From NCBI RefSeq assembly GCF_001194135.2, contig NC_068983.1, positions 92,892,866 to 92,956,865 of the forward strand: a stretch of DNA of 64,000 bases, written 5' to 3'. Positions 13,449 to 26,400 of this stretch are shown here, in pieces (the first letter of the stretch is position 1; the number at the start of each line of letters is the position of its first letter). The notes below the pieces were generated by a model. The model ran no database searches, was not told where the DNA came from, and worked only from the letters and a program-made list of their open reading frames with translations. This stretch comes from Octopus bimaculoides. Lineage: Eukaryota. The position numbers and the translations under genes were made by a program.

Positions 13449-14210
13449 GGGAAGTGCAGTAACTTCAAATAAGAGCTGTAACCCTGATTGAGCAGACCTC
13501 TTTGACCAAATATTACTGCTACTATCATCTAGAACTACATATCCTTTCCTTTTTAAAACAGTATAGTGCAATGTGAAAATGACTGCAGTTATTTGTAGCA
13601 GGTTGAATGACCACATAGGGACTCTTTTACCTCATTTTCCTTATAGTTATTGTTTAACTCAAGATTAGCCCTAATAGAGCAGACTCATGATCAAAAATAT
13701 TTCAGTAGTGAGTGAGTAAGTATCATGTCTTTTGGTTAGGCATACATTATCAAATAAGTCAAGCTCATTTTTAAGACATGGGTATGATTTGAGAGAGTTT
13801 TGATTGCTATTTCCAGCAGGTTAAGCAACTATATAGGTTTCCTCTATATGGTCATTCCCGTATAATTAAAGAAAGTGGAAGGAAGACACTACACAATAAC
13901 AGTAAGTTCACAGCGTACCAAACATGTGATTCAATTTCCATCTGTAGTTAATGCCCTTGGAAAATGTGACAACATGATGGCTTCATATTTTCTACTTTCT
14001 TTACATATTCATGTTAGTAAATATGTGAAGTATCATGTCAACATATGATTAATTAAAAGTACTAATGTTTCTGTATTGGGTACATTAAAACAAAAATACT
14101 GTCTTCCTGAAATATTTACAACAATAACAAATGCACTCATTCAACATACTAAAGGAAAGCAATCAAATGTCCTTCAAATAACACCCTACTGAATACATTC
14201 TGAATACATT

Positions 14211-15056
14211 CATCATCATCATCATCGTTCTATGTCCGCTTTCCATGCTAGCATGGGTTGGACGATTTGACTGAGGATTGGCAAGCCAGAAGGCCACACC
14301 AGGCTCCAATCTGATCTGGCAGAGTTTCTACAGCTGGATGCCCTTCCTAACGCCAACCACTCTGAGAGTGTAGTGGGTGCTTTTACGTACCACCGGCACG
14401 AGGGCCAGTCAAGTGGTACTGGCAACGGCTATGCTCAAAAAAGGTTTTTTTTTATGTGCCACTTGCACGGGAGCCAGTCCAATGGTACTGGCAATGACCT
14501 CGCTCTAATGATTTTCTAACGTGCCACCAGCACAAGTGCTAGAAGGCGACTCTGGTGACAATTTTGCTCAAATGGTGCTATTTACAGGCTACTAGCATGG
14601 AAGCCAGACAGCTGCTCTGGCAATGAACATGCTCGGACAGTGCTATTAGTGCTCCACTGGCGCAGGTGCCAGTCATCGAGAATGGTTCAATTACTATTTC
14701 GATTCCAATTTCACTTGCCCCAACTGGTCTTTGCAAGCAGAGTTTAGTGTCCAATGAAGGAGAGGTTGGCATGGGTGCCAGTCGTCAGATTCGGTTCGAT
14801 TTCAATTTCAGATTTCAAATTTCAAATTCCAAATTCACTTGCCTCAACAGGTCTTCGCAAGCAGAGTTTTTAGTGTCCAATGAAGTAAAGATACAAATAA
14901 GTGAGCTGGCTACACTTCTGGCACAGGTCACAGATTATGCTCTCACTTGCCTTGCCGGGTCTTCTCACATACTGCATATTTCCAAAGGTCCCAGTCACTG
15001 GTCATTGCCTCGGTGAGGCCTAAAGTTCGAAGGTCGTGCTTCACCGCCTCATCCCA
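14211..15056 (-). mobile_element. RTE 3' end with full 3'UTR and (GAT)n tail
   Basis: Starts catcatcatcatcatcgttctatgtccgctttccatgctagcatgggttggacg (tail) and ends in the ORF C-terminus (gaaggtcgtgcttcaccgcctcatccca). Confidence 0.85.
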
Positions 15057-15059
15057 AAC

Positions 15060-15968
15060 TATTTGAAAAGATGGGATGATCATGGCAAGAATGCCTTTGA
15101 ATATAGGTCTGCTTGATCAGGGTTGTCTAAGAGATAACCAACAACAGCCTCAAATACCTAAAAAGTGAAGGAAGGTACCATTATGTGATCATACACCTTG
15201 CTAGAAATAGCAGCTAATTTTTCTTAAAGAAAATATACTATTTTTGTTAAAAAGGGGCACATTGGACCATGTAGTTCTCAATATACAAAAGGATGAGATG
15301 GTCTCAGCTGGACTGTCTTTGTTCGTAAGCTTACTCCATCATAGCTGATCTAGGACTAAAAACAATAACAAAAACAACCTCATCTAAGCAAAGATAGAAA
15401 CAGTTTACACACATGTAACTTGAAACTAACCAATATTATTTCAAAATTCCATCAGGAAATTTATTTAGTTTATTGATACTTTGAATGGTATTTATTAGAC
15501 CCTTGAATACACATAAAGCAATCTGAAACATTGGATAAAGGCAGAGACAAAAGCCAGCTACTGAGCAGAGGCTCAAAGTATCAGAAATAGCAGTCAAATT
15601 GTTTTCAACAATCTTAAAAAAGGGAAGGGTAGGTCAGACAAAAAAGTCCCTCAGATGGAGTAAGGTCATGACTAGAACTTCTTTTGTAGGTTTGCTCAAT
15701 CAGAGCTAATATAGAACTTAACAACAACTAAGGGAACCTCTATGAAGTAACCATTGACAGAGCTTCTGATCAGTTACTTAAGTTACTACAAACATTACCC
15801 AAATCTCCCTCAAATCACTTACCCCATCGTCTTAAAAGAAAAAAAAAAGCATGTATTGGACAATGTAATCCATGATATACAAAATGTAAGAGAGAGGCTT
15901 CATGGCTGGAATACCTTTCATCATAGGCTCAGTCACCGGTAAGCTGAGGCCAGACAACAACAACTACT
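15060..15968 (+). mobile_element. Head-to-tail cluster of decayed copies of one short interspersed family (family C)
   Basis: Recurring blocks agaaatagcagc/caaatctccctcaaatc, ttggac..tgta, gatggtcatggctggaat..tttgatca and (CAA)n tails ending near 15148, 15380, 15728 and 15968. Confidence 0.6.
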
Positions 15969-16384
15969 ATAGTATATTGTATGTATTTTAAAATAATGTG
16001 TTTACTGTCCAGATTCCTTTCCCATTCTACAGGATATGGGTGAAAGATTGAAAGTAAACAAGGAAAAGAGAAAATGTAAGATATTGAAGTTATATAACTT
16101 AAAACAGAAAGGGGAATGAAAGAAGTAGAGAGAACTGAAAGCAGAACGTAAGGTAGTGGTATTTGAAAAAACATCAATTCTAATAGAGTGCCATAATGTG
16201 TGATTGTAATAGGGTATGTGGAGGGAACATAGGTAAAAGATTGAAAAACAAGAAGAGGAGTACAGTGTTTAGAGAAAATACTGTTAGTGGAAAGAAAGGT
16301 AAACTAAAATACACACATATATAAACAGACACATGTCAATGGTATTGACTAACCCTCTCAGCTCAAAATTACTGCTCTTATGCC

Positions 16385-16600
16385 TAAAGCAAAATCAGAT
16401 ATTATTATTTCTAATATAAACACAAAGCTCAAACTTCTTGAGGAGAAGGACAAAAGTTGATTAGATTGACCTCAGTATCTAACTGCTTCTTACTTACAGA
16501 CCTGGGAAGGTTGAAAGACAAAACTGATTTTGATGAGATTTGAATCCAGAACATAAACTCACCTAATTAAATATTTCAAGGTATTTTTCCATCACAATAC
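16385..16600 (-). mobile_element. Degraded SINE family B copy
   Basis: gacctgggaaggttgaaagacaaaactgattttgatgagatttgaatccaga is the reverse complement of the family B body. Confidence 0.5.
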
Positions 16601-16650
16601 TGATTTAGCCATTGGCTGCTCTCTCTCTCTCTCTTGCTCTTCTCCCCACA

Positions 16651-16652
<2 letters not shown>

Positions 16653-16712
<60 letters not shown>
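16653..16712. repeat. (TG)n microsatellite; representative of dozens of TA/TG/GA/CAT microsatellites in the window
   Basis: Pure TG run. Confidence 0.95.
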
Positions 16713-16714
<2 letters not shown>

Positions 16715-18737
16715 CTGCCTATCTTTGAATATATCTACAGTATACTGATTACCATGAATGATCAGTTATTCAAAGGTGTTTCTCAATCTCTCAATAATTT
16801 TATAATCAATTTGCTGTCAGGTAAACTATCATAAAATTTGATATCCTGACAGATAGATCGTAAAATAAACCTTTTCCAATGTATCAGATAAACAGAATAT
16901 CTTTTAAAGCAATAAATAGGCAAAACAATGACATATATAAAGATTGTTCATGTGGATGTAAAGACTTGGCTTATCAGAAGGGAGACAATGGGGATATTGT
17001 GAAGTTGTTATCTTTCTTTGTGAGCTTAGGATGTAAAAAGTGTTTCCAATAGGGAAGTGAAACTTAGTTGCTGAGTCTGTTCACTGGCAATTCACTGTCA
17101 CATCAGAGGACTATACTTAAACAATGATTTGTGTAGCTTACATATAAGTTTGTATTGTAAAAGTGAAGGAAGGGGAGTGGCAGTGATATACCATCAACTT
17201 GGCCTCAGTAGATTACTGTATTTAATTGAACAGCCTTAAAGAAATAAAATACAAAATGAGCTCTAGTATTCAAGTTAGAAACATTAAACACAAAAGTACC
17301 TTGTTTCAAATAAAGTTGCTCACAAAATTAGTAGAGTCAGACACAACACTGACATTTATTACCATCATTAACCGTTTTTACATCCACTTTTTCCTTGCTA
17401 GTATGGTTTGGAAGAGACTTATCAAGGCAATACTCTATAGCCAGAAACCCTTTCTGTGGCCAAACCATACCTGCATTTTGAGCAAGATGTTTTTAATTTA
17501 CTAATCTTCAACTGGCAAAAAAAGTCAAGGAAACTGCCAAGCTACCAGATGTATTATTTACAGAAGATATACACACAGCCTAACCATTGCCCAAATAGTA
17601 CCAATGTGAAGACATGGAAAACTAAACACACACTTTCTCTCTCTTTCATAAACACACACATACGATAGATTTCCATGCAAATCCAGCCCATCAGTTATCA
17701 CTTACAAGGCATGGGTCAGCCCAAATCTATAATAAAAGACATTTGCACAAAATGTCATGATTATGAACAGAAATTTTTAACCACACAGCCATACCTAAAC
17801 ATTTATTTCAATTATATAAAAGTTATTTTAAAAAAATATTTTTCAAAAAATGGGCAAATTTGCTTTTATAAACATTTTGATATGATGAGAGAAAGAAAGA
17901 AGATCACAGTATACTGGCCATAGGAAACATCTCTCTACCCTCAGCAGTTACATTACTGAATGAAAATTCTTAAAGATTCTATCTTGAAGACGGACTATAC
18001 AGAAAAAGCTCTCAAGCAGCAATAAATTCTATCAGCTTCATTTGTAAAATTCACATAATCATATGCAAACGTGCATATTACATGTGAGTATATAATTTAA
18101 AAAAAGGTTTGGATTCTCTTTATATTAAGAAAACAAACAAAAAGGAGAAATGAAATATTGTGGATAGATATTATTGCAGAAACATGGATAAATATAATTT
18201 AGTATGTGAAAAGTGAGGAAGCTAGCATGTTACTTTGGTATAAAGACTATTGAGAATAGTGAAATAGGTTAAAGGAATTTTGGCAGGAAAGGACAATACT
18301 AGAATATGCAAGTGGGTAAGGAATTGGCATTATATTTAACCATAGAAAATTTATAGTAGTGTATGCCTATCTAATAGACTGAAAGAGGGAGAAATATGTG
18401 GAAAAACTATGTGGAAATATAGATATCTTAGTCTACTTATTTGAATTACAAGTTCCACTCAAACTTATTTGAAAATAGTTGATCAAAATTTATATTCTTT
18501 CATAAACTCCCTTGCCTTATCCCTTTATAATTATTTTATTAACAACACAATTTAAACACATCTACTATCAACAGCTAGAAGCAGGAAACATTTCAGAAAC
18601 TGGGAGTTGATAATCTTTTAAATTTAATACCAAATATAATCTTAATGAAAATTTAAAGAAAAGAATAAATAAATAGATAAAAATATAAACATGCAATAAT
18701 AAATCTCTGAGCGAGGTATAAACAGTAGCTGCATGAC

Positions 18738-18907
18738 ATTGCGAAGTATATTTGCTACCTAAATGTGGCTAACCCTTAAGGGTTGATGCTACTGTAGCTT
18801 GTAGCCCCAAGAAGACATCTCCTCCAGTTAGCTATTGACACACTTTCTGTGCCCTATCAGTATTTGCAAAGGGAAGTCACATTTAGGTGGCAAATATACT
18901 TCACAAT
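18738..18907. mobile_element. MITE (~170 bp) with 33-bp terminal inverted repeats
   Basis: 18738-18770 ATTGCGAAGTATATTTGCTACCTAAATGTGGCT versus reverse complement of 18875-18907: 30/33 identical. Confidence 0.8.
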
Positions 18908-19689
18908 ATAAATATGATTATCATTATAGTCATCCACCACATCAGTACTGGATATAGTGCTGCTTCTTTCTACTGAAACCAAATGTTTTACATGATACTT
19001 TATCCAGATTCCATTTTTCCATTTTTTCTTTCACTTCATTGTTCTTATAAATGTTATTTGCTCAAAGGCAATATTGAAACTTAAAATCATCCATTACTTG
19101 CTATTTCTTTGTTATTAAGGATTTAATGGGGGTGAAATGGCGAAAATGGTTGAAAATATCAGTTGTATGATGGAGAGAACATTAGATAATAAGGATACAT
19201 AATATGAGAATTTTATTATTGTATAATATTTTTTTACTCCCATATTAAGTGAACAGAGTAACTTAATTTGAACTAGAGACCTTTGAAATCCAAGCTAAAT
19301 GTTTTCCCAACTAACTCAATGCCAGTCGTAAATAAAGCAGTCGCCCAACCAAGCTAACCTTCTATTCAGTCTAGAGTAATTGTAATTTTACCCATGGGAT
19401 AAAATTGTTATGGATTTCCATCTTACTGCATATAAAGCAATAAAGTAATATTTGGTGGAGTCACTATAAAAGAAATCGATGCATGAAAGAGTTGCTTGAC
19501 AATCAACATCACAAACTTATGGTGGAGTTATCATCAGTTTAGGCATATTGGATAACACATTGAAACAGTAATTTGAGAAACAGTCTGTATCTCATTCAAT
19601 AGAAATCTACAGAAACCATTTAGGAGAATACAGATTTATTGTATTAGTCAGAAAGGGCAGTACCAATAGCCTTTATAGGCCCTCCTAGA

Positions 19690-19990
19690 CTGGGGATCAG
19701 GACAGATGGGTAAGATTGAAGTGGTTAGTGGGAAAATAGACAGTGAGTAATGTTTAGTGATGCAGTTAGGGATAAGAGTAGGTCATACTTCAAACATGGA
19801 TCAATGGTCATATTGTGATAGGAGTAAGGATAATTATATTTTCTTTCGTATATGTTTATACATATACAAGATGTATGCATCATCTCAGAGATAGGAGCAG
19901 CATTTTAGAGTAGGGTGTATTTGTGCCTTATACAGAATCAGCAACTGTTCAATATTGAAAAACTTTCTGGCACTGAAAAGGATCTCATGA
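19690..19990 (-). mobile_element. Degraded LINE fragments
   Basis: Minus-strand FNIEQLLILYKAQIHPTLKCCSYL resembles the LYKAQIRPxLEYCS RT C-terminal motif. Confidence 0.45.
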
Positions 19991-21464
19991 TTTTGTGATG
20001 TAATCATAAACTATCTGATGCGCATGTGAATGTGCATGTATGTGTGCAAGTGGGGGTGTTATGAATCATAATAAGAAACATTAAGACCTTGCATTCATCA
20101 AGAATATGATAAATTTAGCTGTTTGTTACATAAATAGGATGCACTAATAAGGGCATGTATTTATTATTACAGATGTGTGAAGTTTTAAAGGAATTTTTTC
20201 ATGGAAGATATCTGCTAGAAATATTGAAGCTGTTTGTAGCTGAGATTTATCAGTGGAATCTGAAGAAAGCATGTGTATAAGCTTGATTAAAAGAAATGGA
20301 AAGTATGTTGTTAATGTAAAAGAGGCAAAGTGTGGGTTAGTGAGGTACCCGTTAAGTCAATGGGATACAGAACTCAGAATCCGATAAAGTTCTACTATCT
20401 GCAAAATTCTAGTGAATCTATTCTCCAGTGCACTTTTTTTAAAGAAACAGTTCCATTGATATTTAATACCAAATATAACCTAATTTTATTATTTATTGTT
20501 ACTATGTTATGGTAACCAGAATACTAATGTTACAGACAAGAATATTGTTGATACAAAGAATATTTTGAAACACAAACAAGATATCTATAGAACTTGAATG
20601 TAATGATCATGAACTTAGATTGTCTCTCAGTCAACATAATTCAATTTGCTTTTGTTTGTTGAATAATCTTGTGAAAAATTCCTTCATCAAGTAAAAGGAG
20701 TAACAAGAAAATCAGAGTTTTTTTCGAACATTTAACATAGTTTCCCTATTTTTGTTGATATGCAGCTTAGTAAGCTGTAAGGGATTGCATTTTAGTGGAC
20801 CTTTATTCACAAATATCACATCCACTAAACTAGTGCAGTACAAGTTTTAGAAATATGGTCAGAAAACCACAAAAGCAACTGTTCATAGTCAAAATGAACA
20901 GTCAATATGCCGTCACAAATGGTTAAATGAATGTACTGTAACTAGTTGGAAAATTAAAGCCAAATGGATATAATAGATAGTATGACACAAAGACTTTTGT
21001 AAGAGATGAACTTTTGGCTATTGAAGGCCAATAGTCTAAACCAGTCAGGCATCAGAAGTCTTTCTTGCATGAAGAATTTTGATATAAGTATATGAACTAA
21101 GATACAGTTTAAAAAGAAGCAAAACAAATACTAACAAAATATTTGCCAAAGTGTCTGAAAGCTAACAAAATACAAAATTAGCGTGAAAACAAAAGAAGTT
21201 TGGCAAGAATAGTTTAAACAACAATATCAGACAGGATATTAGATATCAGTAATTTTCCTCTGCAACACAAATGCAAATATAATGCAGCTTTGAGGATGGC
21301 ATCAAGAATGAAAGATTAATCTAGGAAGTTAGGCTGACAGTTTATCACAACTTGAAAAATCTCATAGTGAAAATTATTAGCAGTTTACTGTAAAGAAAAG
21401 TAAGAAACTGGGTGGGGAAAGCAGGAAAGAAAAGAAGATAAAAACCTCAAGTAACCCCCCCCCC

Positions 21465-21832
21465 NNNNNNNNNNNNNNNNNNNNNNNNNNNNNNNNNNNN
21501 NNNNNNNNNNNNNNNNNNNNNNNNNNNNNNNNNNNNNNNNNNNNNNNNNNNNNNNNNNNNNNNNNNNNNNNNNNNNNNNNNNNNNNNNNNNNNNNNNNNN
21601 NNNNNNNNNNNNNNNNNNNNNNNNNNNNNNNNNNNNNNNNNNNNNNNNNNNNNNNNNNNNNNNNNNNNNNNNNNNNNNNNNNNNNNNNNNNNNNNNNNNN
21701 NNNNNNNNNNNNNNNNNNNNNNNNNNNNNNNNNNNNNNNNNNNNNNNNNNNNNNNNNNNNNNNNNNNNNNNNNNNNNNNNNNNNNNNNNNNNNNNNNNNN
21801 NNNNNNNNNNNNNNNNNNNNNNNNNNNNNNNN
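21465..21832. other. Assembly gap
   Basis: N run flanked by poly-C and (AT)n. Confidence 1.
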
Positions 21833-21865
<33 letters not shown>

Positions 21866-22584
21866 AAATTTTATTTAAAAATTCTAAGGTTAGACTTTTC
21901 AATTTAAGATTCTGTGTATGTGTATGTATATAATGTATATGTATACATTTGTGTATGTGTATATATATCATCATATACATATATTTATAGATAGAGAGAG
22001 GGAGGGAGAGCCTGTAACAGCATACATACAAGCATTCATAAAACAATGTACCATGCAACTTTATGAATGCATATATCAATATAGACATTTGTTCCTACAT
22101 GCATAATATAAATATATTTTTCTGCATTGAAATAAGTGTGCAGAAAAAAGAGCTAGAGTAGATGTATTTTTTTTTTTTTTAATTCATCTATCACAAATCT
22201 CAAAATTTCATTGCCATCCATAGTTGCTCGTCACAAAGTATGTATGAATGTTATACTTTTAACAACCTTGACTATGGAATAAAATAGAAGAAATAATTGA
22301 AACAATTCAACATAATGGAACAAGTCTGAATGTTGAACTTTCAATAGCCTTAACAATGGAAGAAAAGCAGAGATATAATCAGAATCTTTTAACATAATGA
22401 AACAGATTTCAGTGTTATGCTTTAAACAACCTGGAACTATGAGAATGAAATGAAAGACATAATCAAAAGCAATGTTGTGAGGTCTTCTAAATTTATGCAT
22501 CAAAACTAACAAAATGAATAAAATGTGGAATATCAACTATATATCACCCAACAACATTATTATGATATTATTATTATTATTAAG

Positions 22585-22790
22585 GGAGGCTGGTAAAATT
22601 ATTAGTGCACTGGATAAAATGCTTAATGGCATTTTTTCCAGTCTGAGTTCAAATGTCACCAAGGTTGACTTGGCATTTCATCCTTTTGGGGGTCAATTAA
22701 ATAAGTACCGGTTGAGTGCTGGAGTTAAAGTGATCACCCCTACCAAAAATTTCAAGCCTTGTGCCCATAGTTGAAAGGATTGTTATTATT
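22585..22790 (+). mobile_element. SINE family B copy (a second, older copy at ~22840-23000)
   Basis: gctggtaaaattattagtgcactggataaaatgctta..ctgagttcaaatgtcaccaaggttgacttggcatttcatccttttgggggtcaa, with an (ATT)n tail. Confidence 0.7.
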
Positions 22791-25384
22791 AGAATCATTA
22801 TTATTATTACTGACTGAGACTAAACACACTACAGTATTTTCTTTTCTTTATGTATGTACTAGGTTCAAATTTTATCAGAGCTTATTTAGTAATTTATCCT
22901 TCCAGGATCAATAAGTACCAGGCATAAACTGAAGTAAAGTCAATCAATTGTCCCTGCTTCCAGAAAATTTGTCACATTGTAGGAATAGGTATAATAATCA
23001 TTTACATAATTATTATCAAAATCATAATTATCACTATCAATATCACAATTATTGTAATAAGTTTGTAAAAAAATTATCATAAAACAGACCCCCCCCCCCC
23101 CAACAAACTAAATAAAATAAGTTTGCTGAGTGCTGCAAGAGGTACAAGAGTATTTTTTTTTTTGTTTATTTTGAAGATGAATTTTCTTTTCATTTGATTT
23201 TAAACTAACGTGTGAGCATAGTGGGGGTGGGGGATCAAACAAGCAAAAAATTAATATAGCCTTCTATGAACAGTATCAATCATTGTAATATTGATAGTAT
23301 TCAATACTAGCTACAGAAGTAACAACTTTGGTAAAATTCTCATTTCACAGAATATTTTTTGAGGCAATAAATAAACAGTAAAATGCACACACACACAATC
23401 ATCACCTTTCCTATATAATGAATTAGTGCAAGGAGGAATCCGACCATGTTCAAGTAATTTTAAGTAATTCATACATTTATTATCTGTTATAAGGTTGATA
23501 TGAATACTATATACTTGTGTGTGTGTTCAGATACAAAGAGGTAATAGATCACACATACTGTTAATTTTAGTATATATATATATATAAAATGCTTGAGAAA
23601 ATCTAAAGCATACTCTTTCACTTTTCTACTCTTTCTCTCTGTCTTACATACATACACATAGACATACACTCAACTGACTCAGTAAAGTTTTAAAACTATA
23701 AACCAAACAACAATAACAAAATATTAAACCAAAATAGTTTAGTTTTTCTAAAACTTATCTATTTTCAAATGGGTGACATTTGGAATTTTGAGAAATAAAA
23801 ATTGTCTTTGCAATTCATAACTATTACATCAGATTACAAAGATAGACTACAAAGCAACAAAAATTATCAAAATTCTCTATTCAATTACTGGAATATACAT
23901 ATGAATTTGAAGTCAATAATGTTAAATGATAGATGAAACGTTGACCACCTCCACCTTTTGTCACATGGAAGGTGAGTGGATGCAACAGATGCTCCTTGAT
24001 AATATTTTAACTGATAGTCTCTTTAGCAGTTATTTGCACCTTTATAAAGAGAGAGAAAATCCCCTCTTTAAACTATTGCTGCTATGACTTTCACTAGTTG
24101 ACTCGTATGACATTTTAGCAACTAGAGAATTAAAAAAACTGTGGGAAAGGGTAAATATAGTTAGATATTTTATATTCATTCATTTACACATAATAAAGAA
24201 AAAAAAAAAAACTCAATTCTGTTTACATTTATAAATCATTTCAATGAATTCACATAATGTTTTGATAAAATTATAGTTTAAAAAAGTTTTATAGTATTTT
24301 GCTAAAGTGATTTCTAATTTTTTTAAAATATAAAACATCAATAAAAATTTATAAATTAAAAACCAAAACCCTGACAAATACCTTTTATATACAAACTTTA
24401 GATAAATGTGTAAAAAGGTGAGCTCTAATTTACCCAGATTTCAATTTCTTTTAAAGCATTGTAACAAAGCAACATTAATAAATATTATTCATGTGAAATA
24501 TTAGGAAACGACTGGGTTGATTTTAAGAAAAACAGAAATAATAGAAATATTCCTCACATTCTAAACATTTTACTGAACATGCTTATGAAAATGATAAGTA
24601 AGCAAATGCTAATAGTCTTAAATGAACATTTAAGGATTAGCTATAAGGATTGATATGATGAGGCCCATCATACATCTTTAGCCTTCTCTTTAGCCCTTAT
24701 ATGCAAATGCGTGTGTGTATGGGTATGTGTGTGCACCTATGTGAGTGTGTGTGTGTGTGTGCACCTATGTGAGTGTATGTGTGTGCATGTAGTTTGTTAA
24801 TTATATAATTAAATCCATGCTACATCTACATTTTACACATGTGTACACAAATATGCTGTTTAACAGCTTTTAAATGCTGCTTTACTTATGGGACATCTTA
24901 CATTCACACATACAAACTTAGAATGAGTAAAAGTTAAGAGAAGTAGTGGGGGATCATATGTGATGACATACGATCTACACTTTTTAAAAACATCTAATAC
25001 AGATCTCTCTAACCCATGGTGGCACAGAAAAACAAAAGCTATGAAGAATATGTGTCCATGCATGTGTGTGTGTGCATACACCTGTGTTGCGTGAGCACAC
25101 ATACACACAATTATAGATACGTGTGTGTAAATGTATGATTATAGTTTGTGTATGCATGGATATACATGTATCGATATGTATGCATATACATACACGCACA
25201 CGCATATAGATATGAAAACATCATACACACCCGCATATGTACAGAAGAAAAGAACTATGAAGTTAGTGAGAACTGCGTTTCTTGTTGAATACATATAAAT
25301 ATATATACACACACACCTACACTCACTCATACACATGCAAGTGTATTGGAATTAGTTTTAAAAATGTCATAATTTGTTAATCTG

Positions 25385-26400
25385 TTAATTACTGGGAAAT
25401 AAAGATAGAGAAAGATGAGATAAAAAGATAGAGAGGAAAACTAAAAAAAAAAAACAAAAAAACCCTGCATTTTTCCGAAGAGAAAATACAAAAACAGTGT
25501 AAACAGAACGAAGACAGAATAACAGAAAAATGGAAGAATAGTGAAGCATGAGGAATAGATAAATAAGAAAAAAGTACACCAACCATGCTGCAGTCCAGCT
25601 GGCCGGCCACATCTTCATTGCAACTGAGTAAACTGTTTTTTCGGTGCTCATCATAGGTATGGTATTGCTGATATTATCACCAAGTCAGTGTTCAGTTAAC
25701 TATCAACAGAACAGCATGCAGGACAGTGAGTAGCAAACACTGGTGACAGTCACACTGGCTACTGCCACTTCCACAGACATATTCCTTCATTGCCATGATC
25801 CAAAAGAAAATAGAGAGAGAGAGAGAGAGAGAGTAGGAGAGGGAGAGTAGAAGAGAGAGAGAGAGTAGGAGAGAGAGAGAGAGTAGAAGAGATAGAGATA
25901 GAGAGTAGAATAAGAAAAAGAGAGGGCAGAAGAAAAAGATAGAGAAAGAAGAGACAGAGAGAAAACTAACAGAGAGAAAGAGCAAGAAGGAGGAGAGAGA
26001 GAAGGAAGAAGAAAGTAGTGTAAGGCAGTAACTATACACAGAAAGGTAGCAACACAGTCAGCAACCACTTTAACTGTACAATCATTTATGGCTCCGAAAG
26101 TGCTGCTGTGTCCAGGCTCATCATCCAGGTAATAAGCACCGCAGCAAGGGAACTAGTCAGTGCTGTTCACTGCAGCACACCTTATCTACAACTCCGAGCA
26201 GACCTATTTCCCAACTATTAATAATATCCATCCCCTTCTGCATTCTCCACTTTCTTTTCTTTCTAAGCTTAGTTCCGTCTATATCAACTGCTACTGCTAT
26301 TGTTTGCACTACAGTAGTAGCTTGACTGCTGCTGCTGCTGCCGCAGCTGCTAAACACTGACAATGATGATGATGAAAAATGTAAATGAATTTACAGGGGA
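25385..26400 (-). promoter_or_regulatory. Putative first exon / 5'UTR-like block (strand uncertain) with uORF-like ORFs
   Basis: Locally GC-richer and CpG-retaining (ggccggcc, tccgaaag, accgcagc, ctccgagc, gccgcagc), with a (GCA)n run and a CT/GA tract. Minus-strand short ORFs lie at 25692-25796 and 25385-25654. No TE signature, and it sits in a TE-poor zone. Confidence 0.4.
25811..26010. repeat. (GA)n / purine-rich tract
   Basis: Interrupted GA dinucleotide repeat. Confidence 0.9.

Noticed and set aside
24640-24700. ATGATGA (C-box-like) with a short hairpin as a C/D snoRNA
   Set aside because: No CTGA D box at a suitable distance.
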